NCBI RefSeq assembly: GCF_001194135.2
Contig: NC_068994.1
Location: 14,885,047 to 14,940,999, forward strand
Source of the DNA: Octopus bimaculoides
Taxonomy: Eukaryota
Reading direction: 5' to 3'
DNA: 55,953 nt
A program made the translations under genes and the position numbers. Under the pieces are notes generated by a model. That model made no database searches, was not told where the DNA came from, and saw only the letters and a program-made list of their open reading frames with translations. How positions within the stretch are numbered: position 1 is the stretch's first letter; the number at the start of each line of letters is the position of its first letter. Shown in pieces: positions 37,043 through 49,899 of the stretch.

Positions 37043-37868
37043 CTATCAGGCACAAATGTAGCTGTGTGGAAAGAAGTTTGCTTCTAGATTACATGGTCCT
37101 GGGTTCAATCCCACTATGCAGCACCTTGGGTGTCTTCTACTATAGCTGCAGATTGAACAAAGCCTTGCGAGTGGATTTATTAGGTGGAAACTGAAAGAAG
37201 CCCTTTGTATATTTGTGTATGTGCATGCATGTATGTGTGTGTGTGTGTTTTCTGGTTGTCCCCAGCCACAATTTGACAATCAGTGTTGGTTTGTTTATGT
37301 CCCCATAACTTAGCAGTTGCAAAAAGGGAGCAAAAGAATAAGTACCAGGTTTTAAAAAAGTAACTCATGAGGTGATTTGTTCAACAAAATCCTTCAAAGC
37401 AGTGCCCCAGCATGGCCACAGTCCAATGAGCGAAACAAGGAAAGAATAAAAAAATCAGTGTTGAACAGACGTAGGCGTAGGAGTGGCTGTGTGGTAAGTA
37501 GCTTGCTTACCAACCACATGGTTCCGGGTTCAGTCCCACTGCGTGGCACCTTGGGCAAGTGTCTTCTACTATACCCTCAGGCTGACCAAAGCCTTGTGAG
37601 TGGATTTGGTAGACGGAAACTGAAAGAAGCCTGTCGTATATGTGTATAAGTATATGTATGTGTGTGTCTGTGTTTGTCCCCCCAACATCGCTTGACAGCC
37701 GATGCTGGTGTGTTTACGTCCCCGTAACTTAGCAGTTCGGCAAAAGAGACCGATAGAATAAGTACTAGGCTTACAAAGAATAAGTTCTGGGGTCGATTTG
37801 CTCGACTAAAGGCGGTGCTCCAGCATGGCCGCAGTCAAATGACTGAAACAAGTAAAAGAGTAAAAGAG
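37043..37868 (+). mobile_element. Two tandem SINE B copies (about 37043-37450 diverged; 37473-37868 near-consensus)
   Basis: Two heads and two tails in series. Confidence 0.92.
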
Positions 37869-38856
37869 ACAAAGAAAATGCAATATTTCTTGTCTAAGGT
37901 CAAATTGTCTGGCCAAGTTGTAATAATGTCTCTTGCTTCTCTTTTTACCATTTTTGAATTGAAGATTTCCCAAACCCAGCTACACTGACCTGTTGAAACA
38001 AAAACACATCTATAACTTTTATTTATTTATTTATTCAACTAAATATTTTCTTGTCATAAATTACTAAAATGTCAAGTAGTTGTTCTTAGAACTATTTAAG
38101 AAACTTTCAGGAAGACTGCAACTAGTCATAACCACTTAAAAGTCCTTCAGAGGAAAGGTAGATATATATATAAAATGAATTTCTTTTTTTTTCTTGTTTT
38201 AAGTGGTCGAGTTGAGGGGAACATACATAAATAAGTGCGTGTGTGTGTGTGTGTGTGTGTGTTTCTGTGTGTGTGTGTAAAAGTCAGGGTGTTTGACTAA
38301 ATAGTGACTCACAGTTGGCTTGATGAAGTCACTTTAATTATATCTTCTTGTCTAATTCCCTTCCAGACTTAGAAGTTCAGGGGAAAAGCATACACAATTT
38401 TCACATACTGCTGCCCACTCTTAAAGTCAATTCCTACCTGTCCAACAACTAAAGCTGCCTATCTTTCTGTACACACCAACAAGAGAGTAATAAAAAAAAA
38501 TTAAAAAATAAAAATAGAAAGAAAATAACTGTCACATGTAACAGACACATTCTTTACTTAATAATCAATACAAGTAATCTCGTTTCCAATAACAGCACCT
38601 AGAATATATACATATATTTATATATATTTTTTTTATATCAATAGAAAGCTAAAATAATCAAATAAATAAAACATCATTGTTCGTGATATCAGCAAGACAA
38701 CGTTGACAATGGAATGCAGGAGACCTACATGACTTCCATCCAATAAAGAAGTGAATTTAGGACAGCAACTGCTAACAAAAGGCCTTTCCCTATTTTATGA
38801 TGTGAATAAAGTAGGCGAAATGCACCACCACCATCACAATAAAAAAAACACCATAT

Positions 38857-38888
<32 letters not shown>

Positions 38889-40451
38889 CATAAACAGACA
38901 CACGCATGTGTGTGTAAGTTTATATATATATTCATCAGCCTTTATTTATATACAAGTGTGTGTGCGCGCGTGAGAAATACCTATGTTATAAAGAATTTAA
39001 TAATGTAGCAATCATAAACATCAGGTGGTGATATTGACTTATTTAATAAGATATTGTTGAACTTAAGGTCAGAGCTGACAGCTGAGAATTTACTTTGTTC
39101 TTACCGTTTATTGAAGTTTTACTGTGGGGCGGGGGGACATTTCGAGCATTTCATTAAAAAAAATAATTAACTAAAAAAAACTATTTGGTTCCTCNNNNNN
39201 NNNNNNNNNNNNNNNNNNNNNNNNNNNNNNNNNNNNNNNNNNNNNNNNNNNNNNNNNNNNNNNNNNNNNNNNNNNNNNNNNNNNNNNNNNNNNNNNNNNN
39301 NNNNNNNNNNNNNNNNNNNNNNNNNNNNNNNNNNNNNNNNNNNNNNNNNNNNNNNNNNNNNNNNNNNNNNNNNNNNNNNNNNNNNNNNNNNNNNNNNNNN
39401 NNNNNNNNNNNNNNNNNNNNNNNNNNNNNNNNNNNNNNNNNNNNNNNNNNNNNNNNNNNNNNNNNNNNNNNNNNNNNNNNAAAAGATGAAATGCTTAGAT
39501 AAAAAAAAAACAATGAAAGAGAAATTAGTAAAAATTATAATTGAGTTATAAATAAGAATAACTATTTGATTTCTTTTTTATCTTTTACCTGTTTCAGTTA
39601 TTAGATCACAGGTATGCTGGGGCATCAACTTATTCTTTGCAAGCCTGGTACTTATTCTATCAGTCTCTTTTGCTGAACCACTAAGTTACAGAGACGTATA
39701 CACACCAACACCAGTTGTCAAGTGGTGATGGGTAGGACAAACTAACACACACACACACACACACATTCTGCCTTATCTTCGAAACGCCTAGTTAGAATAG
39801 AGGCAGCTGATGAAGGAATAATTCCTGTGTTGGTAATTATACCTGTCCTAAACAAAATGGCATTACTTTTTTGACTCACCCTCATATATACACTGAGTGG
39901 CTATGGAGTTCCAGCAGAGTAAAATAGGAATCCATGGGGTCCATAGGCAAAAGATGGTTGAGAACCACTAGTTTGAATAAAAGGGGTTCTTGGTAGAGAT
40001 TGGGAACGATGGTTTTAGACCTTCCATTCAGTATTCACAAACTAGTGTGATTGTTGTTCATTTCTTGAAATAGACATTCAAACTGTGACCATCCCATAAT
40101 TTCGAAAGAAAAAGAACTATATCGCCTGCATCCCTCCCGTTTTTTTAGGATGGCAGGGTATGATTTGAATGAGAGTTGGCTGCTGTTTCTGGCAGGTCAA
40201 GCAACCACATAAAAAAACTAACTTGTGGGCTTGGTGTGATTCTTTTAGATGTGAAAATCTGAATTTTGTTTTCGTTACTTTCCATCAAATAATTTCTCAC
40301 CTTGTGGAAAAATAAATTACATTCAAGGGGAAAAAAAGATTGGTGAAACAAACTAATCAATGGAATATAAGCTGTGAGCTGTGTGTGTGTGAGAGAGAGA
40401 GAGAGAAGGGGAGGGGTAGAGATAGACAGGTGGAATGACAACCTGACAACC

Positions 40452-40487
<36 letters not shown>

Positions 40488-40978
40488 GTTAAGTGGTAAA
40501 TAGCTTGTTTTTGTTCTTTATATGAATATAACATTGGAAAACAGAAACTGGAGTTATTGTTGACTCAGCTCAATATGTTTTAATGTATTTATAGCTATAT
40601 TCAAGTACACTTATTGGAAAGTAACTGCATATATGCAATGGCTATTGTGTAGTCAAAGCAACACGTTCATCCTGCTTAGCTTTGAAGAAAGATACATCCT
40701 TCAAAAACATATCGTATTTATTTGAAGGTTGTCACTGTTTAGCCCCAAGTCAGTCAGACCTGATAGATCAAACAGGTATCCAGTCAATTAGATGTGAAGT
40801 ATAGAGCTGCTGTAGTAGGTATATCAAAGCTTATATGCAGTAGGCGATCTTATACAATGAAGTCTGGGAAGCTTTGACAGAGACTCGACATTAATTATCA
40901 CATAAAAATGGAACAACATTGCCTAGCATCAACAAAATCTTAGTCCAACATCATTTCTGTGTGTGCATAAGTGAGAGA

Positions 40979-41364
40979 GGTGGAGGCACAATGGCCCAGT
41001 GGCTAGGGCAGCGGACTCGCGGTCATAGGATCACGGTTTCGATACCCAGACCGGGCGTTGTGAGTGTTTATTGAGCGAAAACACCTAAAAAAGCTCCATG
41101 AGGCTCCGGCAGGGGATGGTGGCGAACCCTGCTGTACTCTTTCACCACAACTTTCTCTCACTCTTACTTCCTGTTTCTGTTGTGCCTGTAATTCAAAGGG
41201 TCAGCCTTGTCACACTATGTCACGCTGAATATCCCCGAGAACTATGTTAAGGGTACACGTGTCTGTGGTGTGCTCAGCCACTTGCACATTAATTTCATGA
41301 GCAGGCTGTTCCGTTGATCAGATCAACTGGAAGCCTCAACGTCGTAAGCGACAGAGTGCCAACA
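40979..41364 (+). mobile_element. SINE family A, full length
   Basis: High identity to the 8598 and 49165 copies. Confidence 0.95.
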
Positions 41365-41601
41365 AGTAAGAGAGAGAGAGAGAGAGAGAGAAAGAGTCAA
41401 GCAGTGAAGACATCTCATTTGTACAAACTTAAAATTTTAGCAAAAGGGAAACAAACTACGAGCCTTGTGTTATTCATTTATCATAACAGTGTCCCAATCA
41501 AGAACCAGCAAATTCTATAACAACATGGTCAGCCAATTTCATTTGAAAGTATAAATTACACTATTACACTACAAGAGGAATCCCAATTTAGCAGTAGCAC
41601 C

Positions 41602-41828
41602 TTAACACTTTAGCATTTAAACTGGCCATATCCAGCCTAAATATTCTCCCTTTTATTGTTAAACCAACCGGAGCTGGCCTTTCATACCTACTCTACAATG
41701 TCATTCTAAAAATTAACAATCGCATCACTGAAATCTCAGAGCTATGATGATAGTGCATGATCAATTCAAATCAATGTAAATAAATAAGCATTACTTTTGG
41801 GAGAGTGATCTGAATGCTAAAGGGTTAA
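41602..41828 (+). mobile_element. TTAA-flanked MITE E1
   Basis: TTAA-CACTTTAGCATT...AATGCTAAAGGG-TTAA. Confidence 0.88.
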
Positions 41829-42155
41829 GCCAGAAAAGTTAGCTGATTTATTACTTTCTGATGATTAGGGCCAAGGTATATGATAATACCAGTTTTAATT
41901 TCACTCCTAAACCTCATTGTATTACCTCTTGCATACAGACAAGAAGGTTGTAGGTTACATATAAACCCACCCCTATGAGTCAGTTATACAGCTAACTGTT
42001 GAAAGTGACATGTGCATTGTCTGTAACTGTTAAATATTTGCAGCTAACTGCTTAGTTTAAATTACCTTCATGGACGTTGAAAATGCAGAAGGAATGTACT
42101 CGAGCATAATTGTGTTTGATTGACATTACATGAAGTTTCCAGCAGTGCATTAATA

Positions 42156-42194
<39 letters not shown>

Positions 42195-42564
42195 TTAAAA
42201 GCATAATAAATGCACAAACAAATGAGAAACAGGCAGAGATGGTTGCCAACTCCTCATCAGTTATCAACTAGCAGGTCACTCACAATTTCGCGACTAACCG
42301 ATAATATTGCATCCCCTACTGGTGAAGTCATATGGAATTTGTTGAGGTAGGTTTTCTATGGTAGGATGCCCTTCCAGTTGCCAACCCTCATTTGTTTCCA
42401 AGTAAAGTAATATTTCCTCAAAACCAGACATGTCTTGGAAGATTGGGAACAATGAACTGGACAGAACTTGCAACAACAATCATTTACAACTGTCATGTGA
42501 TGTCAAGGCAAGGAAATACAAAAATACACACATACATATGCATATATATATATATATATAATAA

Positions 42565-42910
42565 TATTAGGGACAAAATCCAAAATTACAGGTAAAAAAC
42601 TCAATTAAAATCAATTTATAAAAAAAATTAAAATTAAATTGAGCCTTATAGATAAAGTATATATAAAATATATAGTTTTAGGGAAAATAACCAATTTTCA
42701 AGAACTCATCGATGAAAATCCACTATCACATATAGAAAAATTAATAATTAAAAGCACAATAAATGAGTATAATATAAAGTAAAGTAAACATCATAAGATA
42801 AATATAATAAAAAGATTACACGTGTTTCATAACTAATTTTCAAATAGAAAAGAAATTTAAATCGATTAAAATCAATTGAAATTATCGAAAATAAATTCTA
42901 TTCAAACTAA

Positions 42911-42912
<2 letters not shown>
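42565..42912. mobile_element. AT-rich (TA)n-embedded insertion of unknown family
   Basis: Non-microsatellite block bounded by (TA)n; contains minus-strand GAAACACGTGTA. Confidence 0.45.
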
Positions 42913-42983
<71 letters not shown>

Positions 42984-44630
42984 GGGCCTCTTTCAGTTTC
43001 CATTTACCAAAGCCACTTGCAAAGCTTTAGTCAACCTGGATCTGTAATAGAAGACATATTTGCCCATGGTGTCATGCATTTAGACTGAAACTGAAACCAT
43101 GTGGTTGAGAGGCAAACTTCTCCTCACACAGCCATGTCTGTGCAAATATGTGCTAACGTGTGGCTTTTTGTTTTACTAATATGCAAGCATTCAAATATAG
43201 ATATGATGTGTGCGTATCACACATACACCCACGTTTATACCATTTCTCTGAGTGCCAATGTAATCAAATACTCATGGTTTCCTACATTCAACTGCATACG
43301 AAAAAAAAAAAATGACTTACACCAACTTGCAGTGCATTTTAAACAATATCTGCAAGGAAGAGCTAATATTCTAACAAGTAAGCACCTTGAATAAATCAAT
43401 ATAAAGTTACCCAACAGTGAAGACTATTACTGTTCTCCTAACCCTCGCTGTCCCATTCTTCATCTTATTCCTTACTTTGTGCTCATCTGAAATTGTCTTT
43501 GCACCAGCCTTGAAATGTAATTTCTGTGTTAAATCTCATTTTACATGATAGAGGAGGAGTTGTTAGCATTCACCAAGATTTCCTTTTTAAAACAGTCTCT
43601 CTTCAATAGTGCATCCTGTCAACATACGGATTTAATGCAGAAATCAATAAGCTTAACTGCTACACTGATTTCTCATTACATATTCACTGTTTTATAATCA
43701 TCTTTCTAAGGTTTAATTGTAGCAACATGTTAAAAATAAAAGTAAAGGAAGGGAAAAAAAAACACACAAAAAAAAAACAGGATATAAAAATCAATTATTA
43801 CTATTATTATTGGTATTATCATTATCATTATTATTATTGAAGTACATTGGTTGAGAGTCAATAATCAACCAAACTAGTTCTCAGATTCTGGCTCCATTCA
43901 TATGACTGCCATATTAGTGTTGTGTCACTAGGGACCTTATGGTCAGCTAAATTGTTGATTATCCATTTCTGTTTGTGTTGAGCATTAAGCATGTGAGAAG
44001 TTGGTCAGACATCAGGGAACAAGGTATGATTAGGCATCCTGAATATAATATGCATTAGCCTGGTCTAAAATCATGCTAAACGCTATCAGGCATGTTGAGG
44101 TGCAGTATGGTAGTTAAGCTTTTTTTCTCCAACTCCCATAGCCACCATAACTTATAGGACACAAGTATTGCTGTGTAGTTAAAAAGCTTGCTTTTGCAAC
44201 CGTGTGGTTTCAAACTGAGTTACACTGAGCATCACCAAGTGTCTTCTACTGTGGCCCTGGGGCCAACTAATGTCTTATGAATGAACTTGGTAGATGGAGC
44301 TTTGTGCAGAAGCTTCTCATATGGAAGACAAGAAGTTAAATGATGATGATATTTTAAGTTAATATATGTGTGTGTGATTGAGTGTGCTTCGTTTGTGTTA
44401 CAAACCTGTAAGTTAGGGGGTTCCACAAAAGAGACCAAAAGTGTAAGTACCAGACTACTGGGATCATTTTGTTCAACTAAGCCCTTCAAGGTGGTGCCCA
44501 AAACAAGGCCTCAGTCAAATGAATGAAACAAGCTAAAGGTGAAAGATATATATTCATAAACAATTGACAGGCTGAACATTTAAATTCAGAACAGGACTCT
44601 TCTGGGCCAGCCACTGGTTCACCAGCTGCA

Positions 44631-44861
44631 TTAACCCTTTTGATACCAACCTGCCTGAAACCCCCTCTGGCTCTATAGTTCAAATATCTTGTCTTCAAAA
44701 GTTCTGAATTAAATTCTTCCACCAAACCTTAGTCACAATTTATGTTCCTAAACACTAGCTTAACGATAACTAAGTTATTTTACTAAATTCTTTATAAGAT
44801 TTACAATTAATTGAAAGAAACACAGAGCATCTCAACAGAAATATGGTTACAAAAGGGTTAA
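44631..44861 (+). mobile_element. TTAA-flanked MITE E2
   Basis: TTAA-CCCTTTTGATACC...GGTTACAAAAGGG-TTAA; homologous to 23256-23475. Confidence 0.88.
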
Positions 44862-45931
44862 TTTTAAACACCACTCATACAAACAAGAGTTCAAAGTAAA
44901 GATATGCAAATGAATTTGGCCACTATTTGGTGCTACTCATTCCCTGAAATGTGTTAGGTGATTGGAGTATAGTGTATACTTTAGTAAAATAAATTGTTAT
45001 TGCAGAGAGTTTAGACTACATATACGATGATGTCTGTGTTAACCAGAAAGGAGAAATCATGATACAGTACAGCTGTTCAGGAGTTGGATTGGTAGAGTTG
45101 TTAGAGCTCTGGGAAAAAATGCTTTGCAGTATTTACTGTAGCTCTTTATGTTTTGAGTTCAAGTCGCACTGAGGTTAAATTTGCTTTTGTCCTTCCAAGG
45201 ACAAAATATAGTACCAGTCAAGTACTAAGACTGATATAATCAGCTACTTTCCTCAAATTTTTTTTCTTTCTTTTTGAAGGTTTTGCAAATAGCTGCATGT
45301 GTAGTTGCAAGGCTATGTGGATATTGGGTCATGAAATGTAATTCTTTGCCTATTATCTTTACTGTTTTACATCCATTTTTCTTTAATGATAGCATGTGAA
45401 AATGTCTTTTAGGGAACATGGTATAGTAGGTGAAAGCAAATAAAGGCAGTGAGCTGGCAGAATTGTTAGCATGCTGGGCAAAATGTTTAGTGCCATTTTG
45501 TTCATTTTTACATTCTGAGTTCAAATTTTGTCAAGGTCAACTTTGCCTTTCAGCCTTTTGGGGGTCGACAAAATAGGTACCAGCTGAGTATTGGAGTTAA
45601 TGTAATCAACTTATGCCCTCCCTCAAATTGCTGTCCTTGTGACCGAATTTGAAATCAAGCTGCAGGCATGTAAACAAGCTGAAACCAGTTGTCCAATGGT
45701 GGAGCAGACAAACACAAACACATACATATATATACAATGGGCTTCCACACAGTTTCCATCTATCAAATTCACTCACAAAGCATTGGTCCACCCAGGGCTA
45801 TAATAGAAGATACTTGCCCCAGATATGCAGTGGGACTGAACCGGAAAAGCAAGCTTCTTAACTCATCCACACCTGCTCCATTTCTATTAATACTTTTGAG
45901 ATAATTCCTCTTCTTTACAATATCAACATAC

Positions 45932-46062
45932 ACTAGTGAGATACTGTTCCATCCGAAAATACAATGTGCCATTCTTCTTTACCACTCTGTTGACTAAGAA
46001 CTTAATAACGTCTATTCCCCACTCCACATCCCACAGACAATTTCTAAACAAGAACATAACAC
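45932..46062 (-). CDS. Candidate exon, phase 1 to 0 (G-VMFLFRNCLWDVEWGIDVIKFLVNRVVKKNGTLYFRMEQYLTS)
   Basis: Acceptor TTGTATTTTCATTAG|G, donor AGT|GTATGT, 131 nt, one open frame; could instead be 5'UTR with an internal ATG. Confidence 0.45.
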
Positions 46063-46307
46063 CTAATGAAAATACAATTTAACATTTCAAAGCCGAATAA
46101 TTCGACTTTCCTGCAGAATACATGCTTTAACATGTTATATACAGCTTAAACATGTTTTACATATAATCTACTGGTCCTGCAATGTGAAATTTTACAACAC
46201 TATATTATTATTACTATTAATATGGCAGTGAGCTGGTAGAATTGTTAGCATGCCGAACAAAATGTTTAGCGGTATTCCATCCACTTTTACAGTCTAAGTT
46301 GAAATTC

Positions 46308-47745
46308 AAATCTATTAGGCTTTGCTACCAGCATCAATTCTGTTCAAATTAATTTCATATTCAGTGTAATGATACATTTTTACTGGCTAATGAATAACAT
46401 GAAAATCATTTTTTGCTATAAATCAATACATAAATAGTTATTAGCAATTAAAGTTTCAAAATTTTGGTAATTTTAGCCAATCATAAGCCACAGACACATT
46501 CATGCCTGTTTCCATAGTAACAAGAAGAACATGAGAACTCCTTTGTCTGCAAGAAAGCACGTGTTGACAATTGAGCATGTGAATTTATGTAGCACAGGAG
46601 ATATGAAAATTGTGATTTGTTTGAGAAATTGATTGAATGCATTTTTAACTTTCGTTTTCAATGAACTGGTCAACAAAATGTTTGTTTTGTAAAAATATTT
46701 AGTTTGTAATGTGCTATTTTGTTTTTAGATAAATCTTTTAAGTTTGAGCTATCGCAATCAATGCATATTGAATGCTTAAAATTACAAAAGGCGTGTTGTT
46801 TACTCTTTCATTTTTCTTGTTAACCCAAAAGATGGTACCCACATTCAACAAGTGGAGAATGTATAGGCCTCTGGGAAGCGAAGTAATAAACAACGCTGTG
46901 GCAGTTACCATTCTATGGTAGATTCATATCTCTGTGAATTTATGTGGTACAGGAGATACGAAAACTGTGATTTGTTTGATATTGATTGAATGCATTTCTA
47001 ACTTTCGTTTTTAATTTTAAAAATATTTTGTAATGTGCTGCTTATTGCATGCTTAAATGCTTGTTTTTAAGCACAATATATAACATATAAACATGTACAT
47101 CTTTTACAACATTGTCATTTAATAAGATTATGCTGGCAAATTTTTTATTTAACTAAAACATTTATTTACACAAAAGAAAATTACTGGAGAACGTTCATCT
47201 AATTCTTCCAAATCTTTCTGTTGAAACTGTATTGAAACCATTTGTGGGGAAAAATTGTAATGTGTTTATCGCATGTAACGTGTTGTTCGTCGCATTTTCA
47301 TTAAATGCATATTAAATGCTTCAAACTACTTGTTAACTCATTTCTTTTTGTCGTTGAGGCGGTTGTTAGCTGCTAAAAATAGCAGCTAAATAACGTTTGT
47401 TGGATGAATCTTTTAAGTTTGTGCTAATGCATTAAATGCATACTGAATGCTTCAAACTACAAAAGACGTATTGTTTACAAATATTGATAACACGTGCTAT
47501 TTTCAGGATATTGATGATAAATTTTGCAGTCACACACAAAATTACAGCTTGCAAATCCTGTTTCCTGACTGGGTGAAAATGATCAAATTTTAAGCCTCTA
47601 TAACTTTTTAAAAACATTTTTCTGAAAAAAAAAAAGCGAAAGAACTCCAGCACTTCAGCTTGGAAAAGTATATTATTTTGCCAAATTTTATAATTTCCGA
47701 TAAACTTTAATCTTTGCAATGCTGGCAACCAAACCAAGAAGATCC
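46308..47745. mobile_element. About 1.4-kb non-coding DNA-transposon-like insertion splitting a SINE C (46224-46307 plus 47746-47790)
   Basis: The SINE halves rejoin; near-TSD TGAAATTC/TCAAATTC; imperfect terminal inverted repeat; internal direct repeats. Confidence 0.6.
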
Positions 47746-47844
47746 TCAAATTCTGTTGAAGTTAATTTTGCCTTTCATCCTTTTATCAACTAGCCCTCTA
47801 TCTCAAATTTCATGCTTTGTGCATATAGTAGAGAAAATTATTAC

Positions 47845-47901
<57 letters not shown>

Positions 47902-48875
47902 GGTGGCAAGCTGGCAGAACTGTTAGCTTGACGAAACACTTAGTGGTATTCCACCTGTTACTACATTCTGAGTTCAAATTCTGCCGAGGTCGACTTTGCC
48001 TTTCATCCTTTCGGGGTCAATAAATTAAGTACCAGTGAAACACTGGGGTCGATGTAATTGACTAGCACCCTCCCACAAAGTTTCAGGCCTTGTGTCTATA
48101 GTAGAAAAGATTATTATTATTATTGTTGACTCTTCCACAACGACAAAAAAAGCCTTGATACCACACATTCTTATTTTAATTTCCAAAGTACATATTATGT
48201 AACTTGCTTGTATTGCTTCCACAAACGTTGAAGTCATTTCATTTCCACCCAGTATCAGTCATCTCGAGAATGTGGATACCATAAATATATGCTTCTACCA
48301 TATAACAAAAGTCTTTACCAAACTGCACAGAAGCTACGATCTAATCATCTCATATCATTGACAAATGCTGCTTCAGCAAAAACAACAAACCTATTGTGAA
48401 AGCCTTATCGTGTTTGCTCAAACATCTAGAAACAAAAGCTCAAATCACATCCACTAAGGGAATAAGGCCTGAAATTTTGGGGGAAGGGCTAGTCGATTAT
48501 ATCGATCCCAGTGCATAACCGGTACTTATTTCATCGACCCCGAAAGTATGCAAGGCAAAGTCGACCTCGGTGGAATTTGAACTCAGAATGTAAGGATGGG
48601 ACAAAATGCCGCTAAGCACCAAATCTTTTTAGAAGTGCGGCCCGCTTCTCGAAAAATGTTTCCTGTGCCTGATCTAACAATAATCTACTATTAATTACTG
48701 CGTAAGCACTTTGAACAATCGGCCTGGCAGAAATTGTGTTATTCATGACTGATTTTCCTGTTTCATGAACTTTGATTCCCTCATGCAAAGTAAATTGATA
48801 CTTTATGATATATTCTTCGCCTGATACATTTTATATGTGTGTATTTAATCTTGCCTGATAGTGATAGAATATATC

Positions 48876-49010
48876 GTAACTTTAACCAGGGGAGCCTCTC
48901 CGTAATTTTTTCACTTGCTAGAAATAACAGCCAAATTTTCCTCAAATCACACCCGACCGTTATGAAAAAAGAAAAAAGGAAGGACACATTGCCAAGGATA
49001 TAAAAATTAA
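48876..49010 (+). repeat. Interspersed repeat family G (GCTAGAAATAGCAGCCAAA...CACACCC..CC core); other remnants at about 5110-5200/5947-5990, 6200-6330, 11425-11520 (-), 18400-18480 (-), 40125-40215 (-), 50085-50160
   Basis: Recurrent diverged motif; class not determined. Confidence 0.55.
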
Positions 49011-49164
49011 CGATGGGTCATAATTGGGATGCATTTGATTTTAAATTTGATTGCTCAGGGCCAATTTCACACACACACACACTCTTTCTCTCTTTTAAAG
49101 GCCTAAAGATTGTAAACACATATTTCTTAGTCAACTGCGGATACACTGTGTCTATTTCAAGTCA

Positions 49165-49553
49165 AGTGGAGGCGCAATGGCCCAGTGGTTAGGGCAGCGG
49201 ACTCGCGGTCATAGGATAGCGGTTTCGATTCCCAGACCGGGCGTTGTGTTTATTGAGCGAAAACACCTAAAGCTCTATGAGGCTCTGGCAGGGGATGGTG
49301 GCGAACCCTGCTGTACTCTTTCACCACAACTTTCTCTCACTCTTACTTCCTGTTTCTGTTGTGCCTGTAATTCAAAGGGTCAGCCTTGTCACACTGTGCC
49401 ACGCTGAATATCCCCAAGAACTACGTTAAGGGTACACGTGTCTGTGGAGTGCTCAGCCACTTGCACGTTAATTTCACGAGCAGGCTGTTCCGTTGATCGG
49501 ATCAACTGGAACCCTCGACGTCGTAAGCGACGGAGTGCCAACAACAACAAAAC
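49165..49553 (+). mobile_element. SINE family A, full length
   Basis: A box TGGCCCAGTGG; 9-bp TSD TTCAAGTCA at 49156-49164 / 49554-49562. Confidence 0.95.
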
Positions 49554-49899
49554 TTCAAGTCAGAAAAGAAGAATACCAAATCAATTGATTTGGATAAGAA
49601 TCAGTAAAAAATTGTTTGCAAAATCCAAACAAGTGTGAATTAAAGCTAATGGGGGTGGGGAAGAAGAAGAAGAATGAAGAGAAAATGTTCAGTGTAAAAT
49701 AGATAAAATAATAATTGTAAGCCAGCAAAGAGTTACTTCCTACTATTTGGCACTCCTTGGCTCTCCAAAACTATTTAATTAACGACAATAGCTATCTTTT
49801 GTACACAATGAGGGTGGGGCCCTATATGCTCGTAAACATGTAAAAAAAGACTAGTTTATCAGATAAGTTGATTCAATATTACTCACACAAGTAAACCGA

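Noticed and set aside
42817-42850. Complete hammerhead in the 42565 element
   Set aside because: Only the GAAAC-ACGT-GTA half is present; no CUGANGA box or stem II, so it is kept only as a weak member of the family-level finding.
45932-46062. RVVKKNGTLYF resembling the class I methyltransferase RVLKPGG.L.F motif
   Set aside because: The key PGG is absent and there is no motif I; too weak.
49165-49245. tRNA gene
   Set aside because: A/B boxes are present but the acceptor stem does not close and the sequence continues into a SINE body with tail and TSD.
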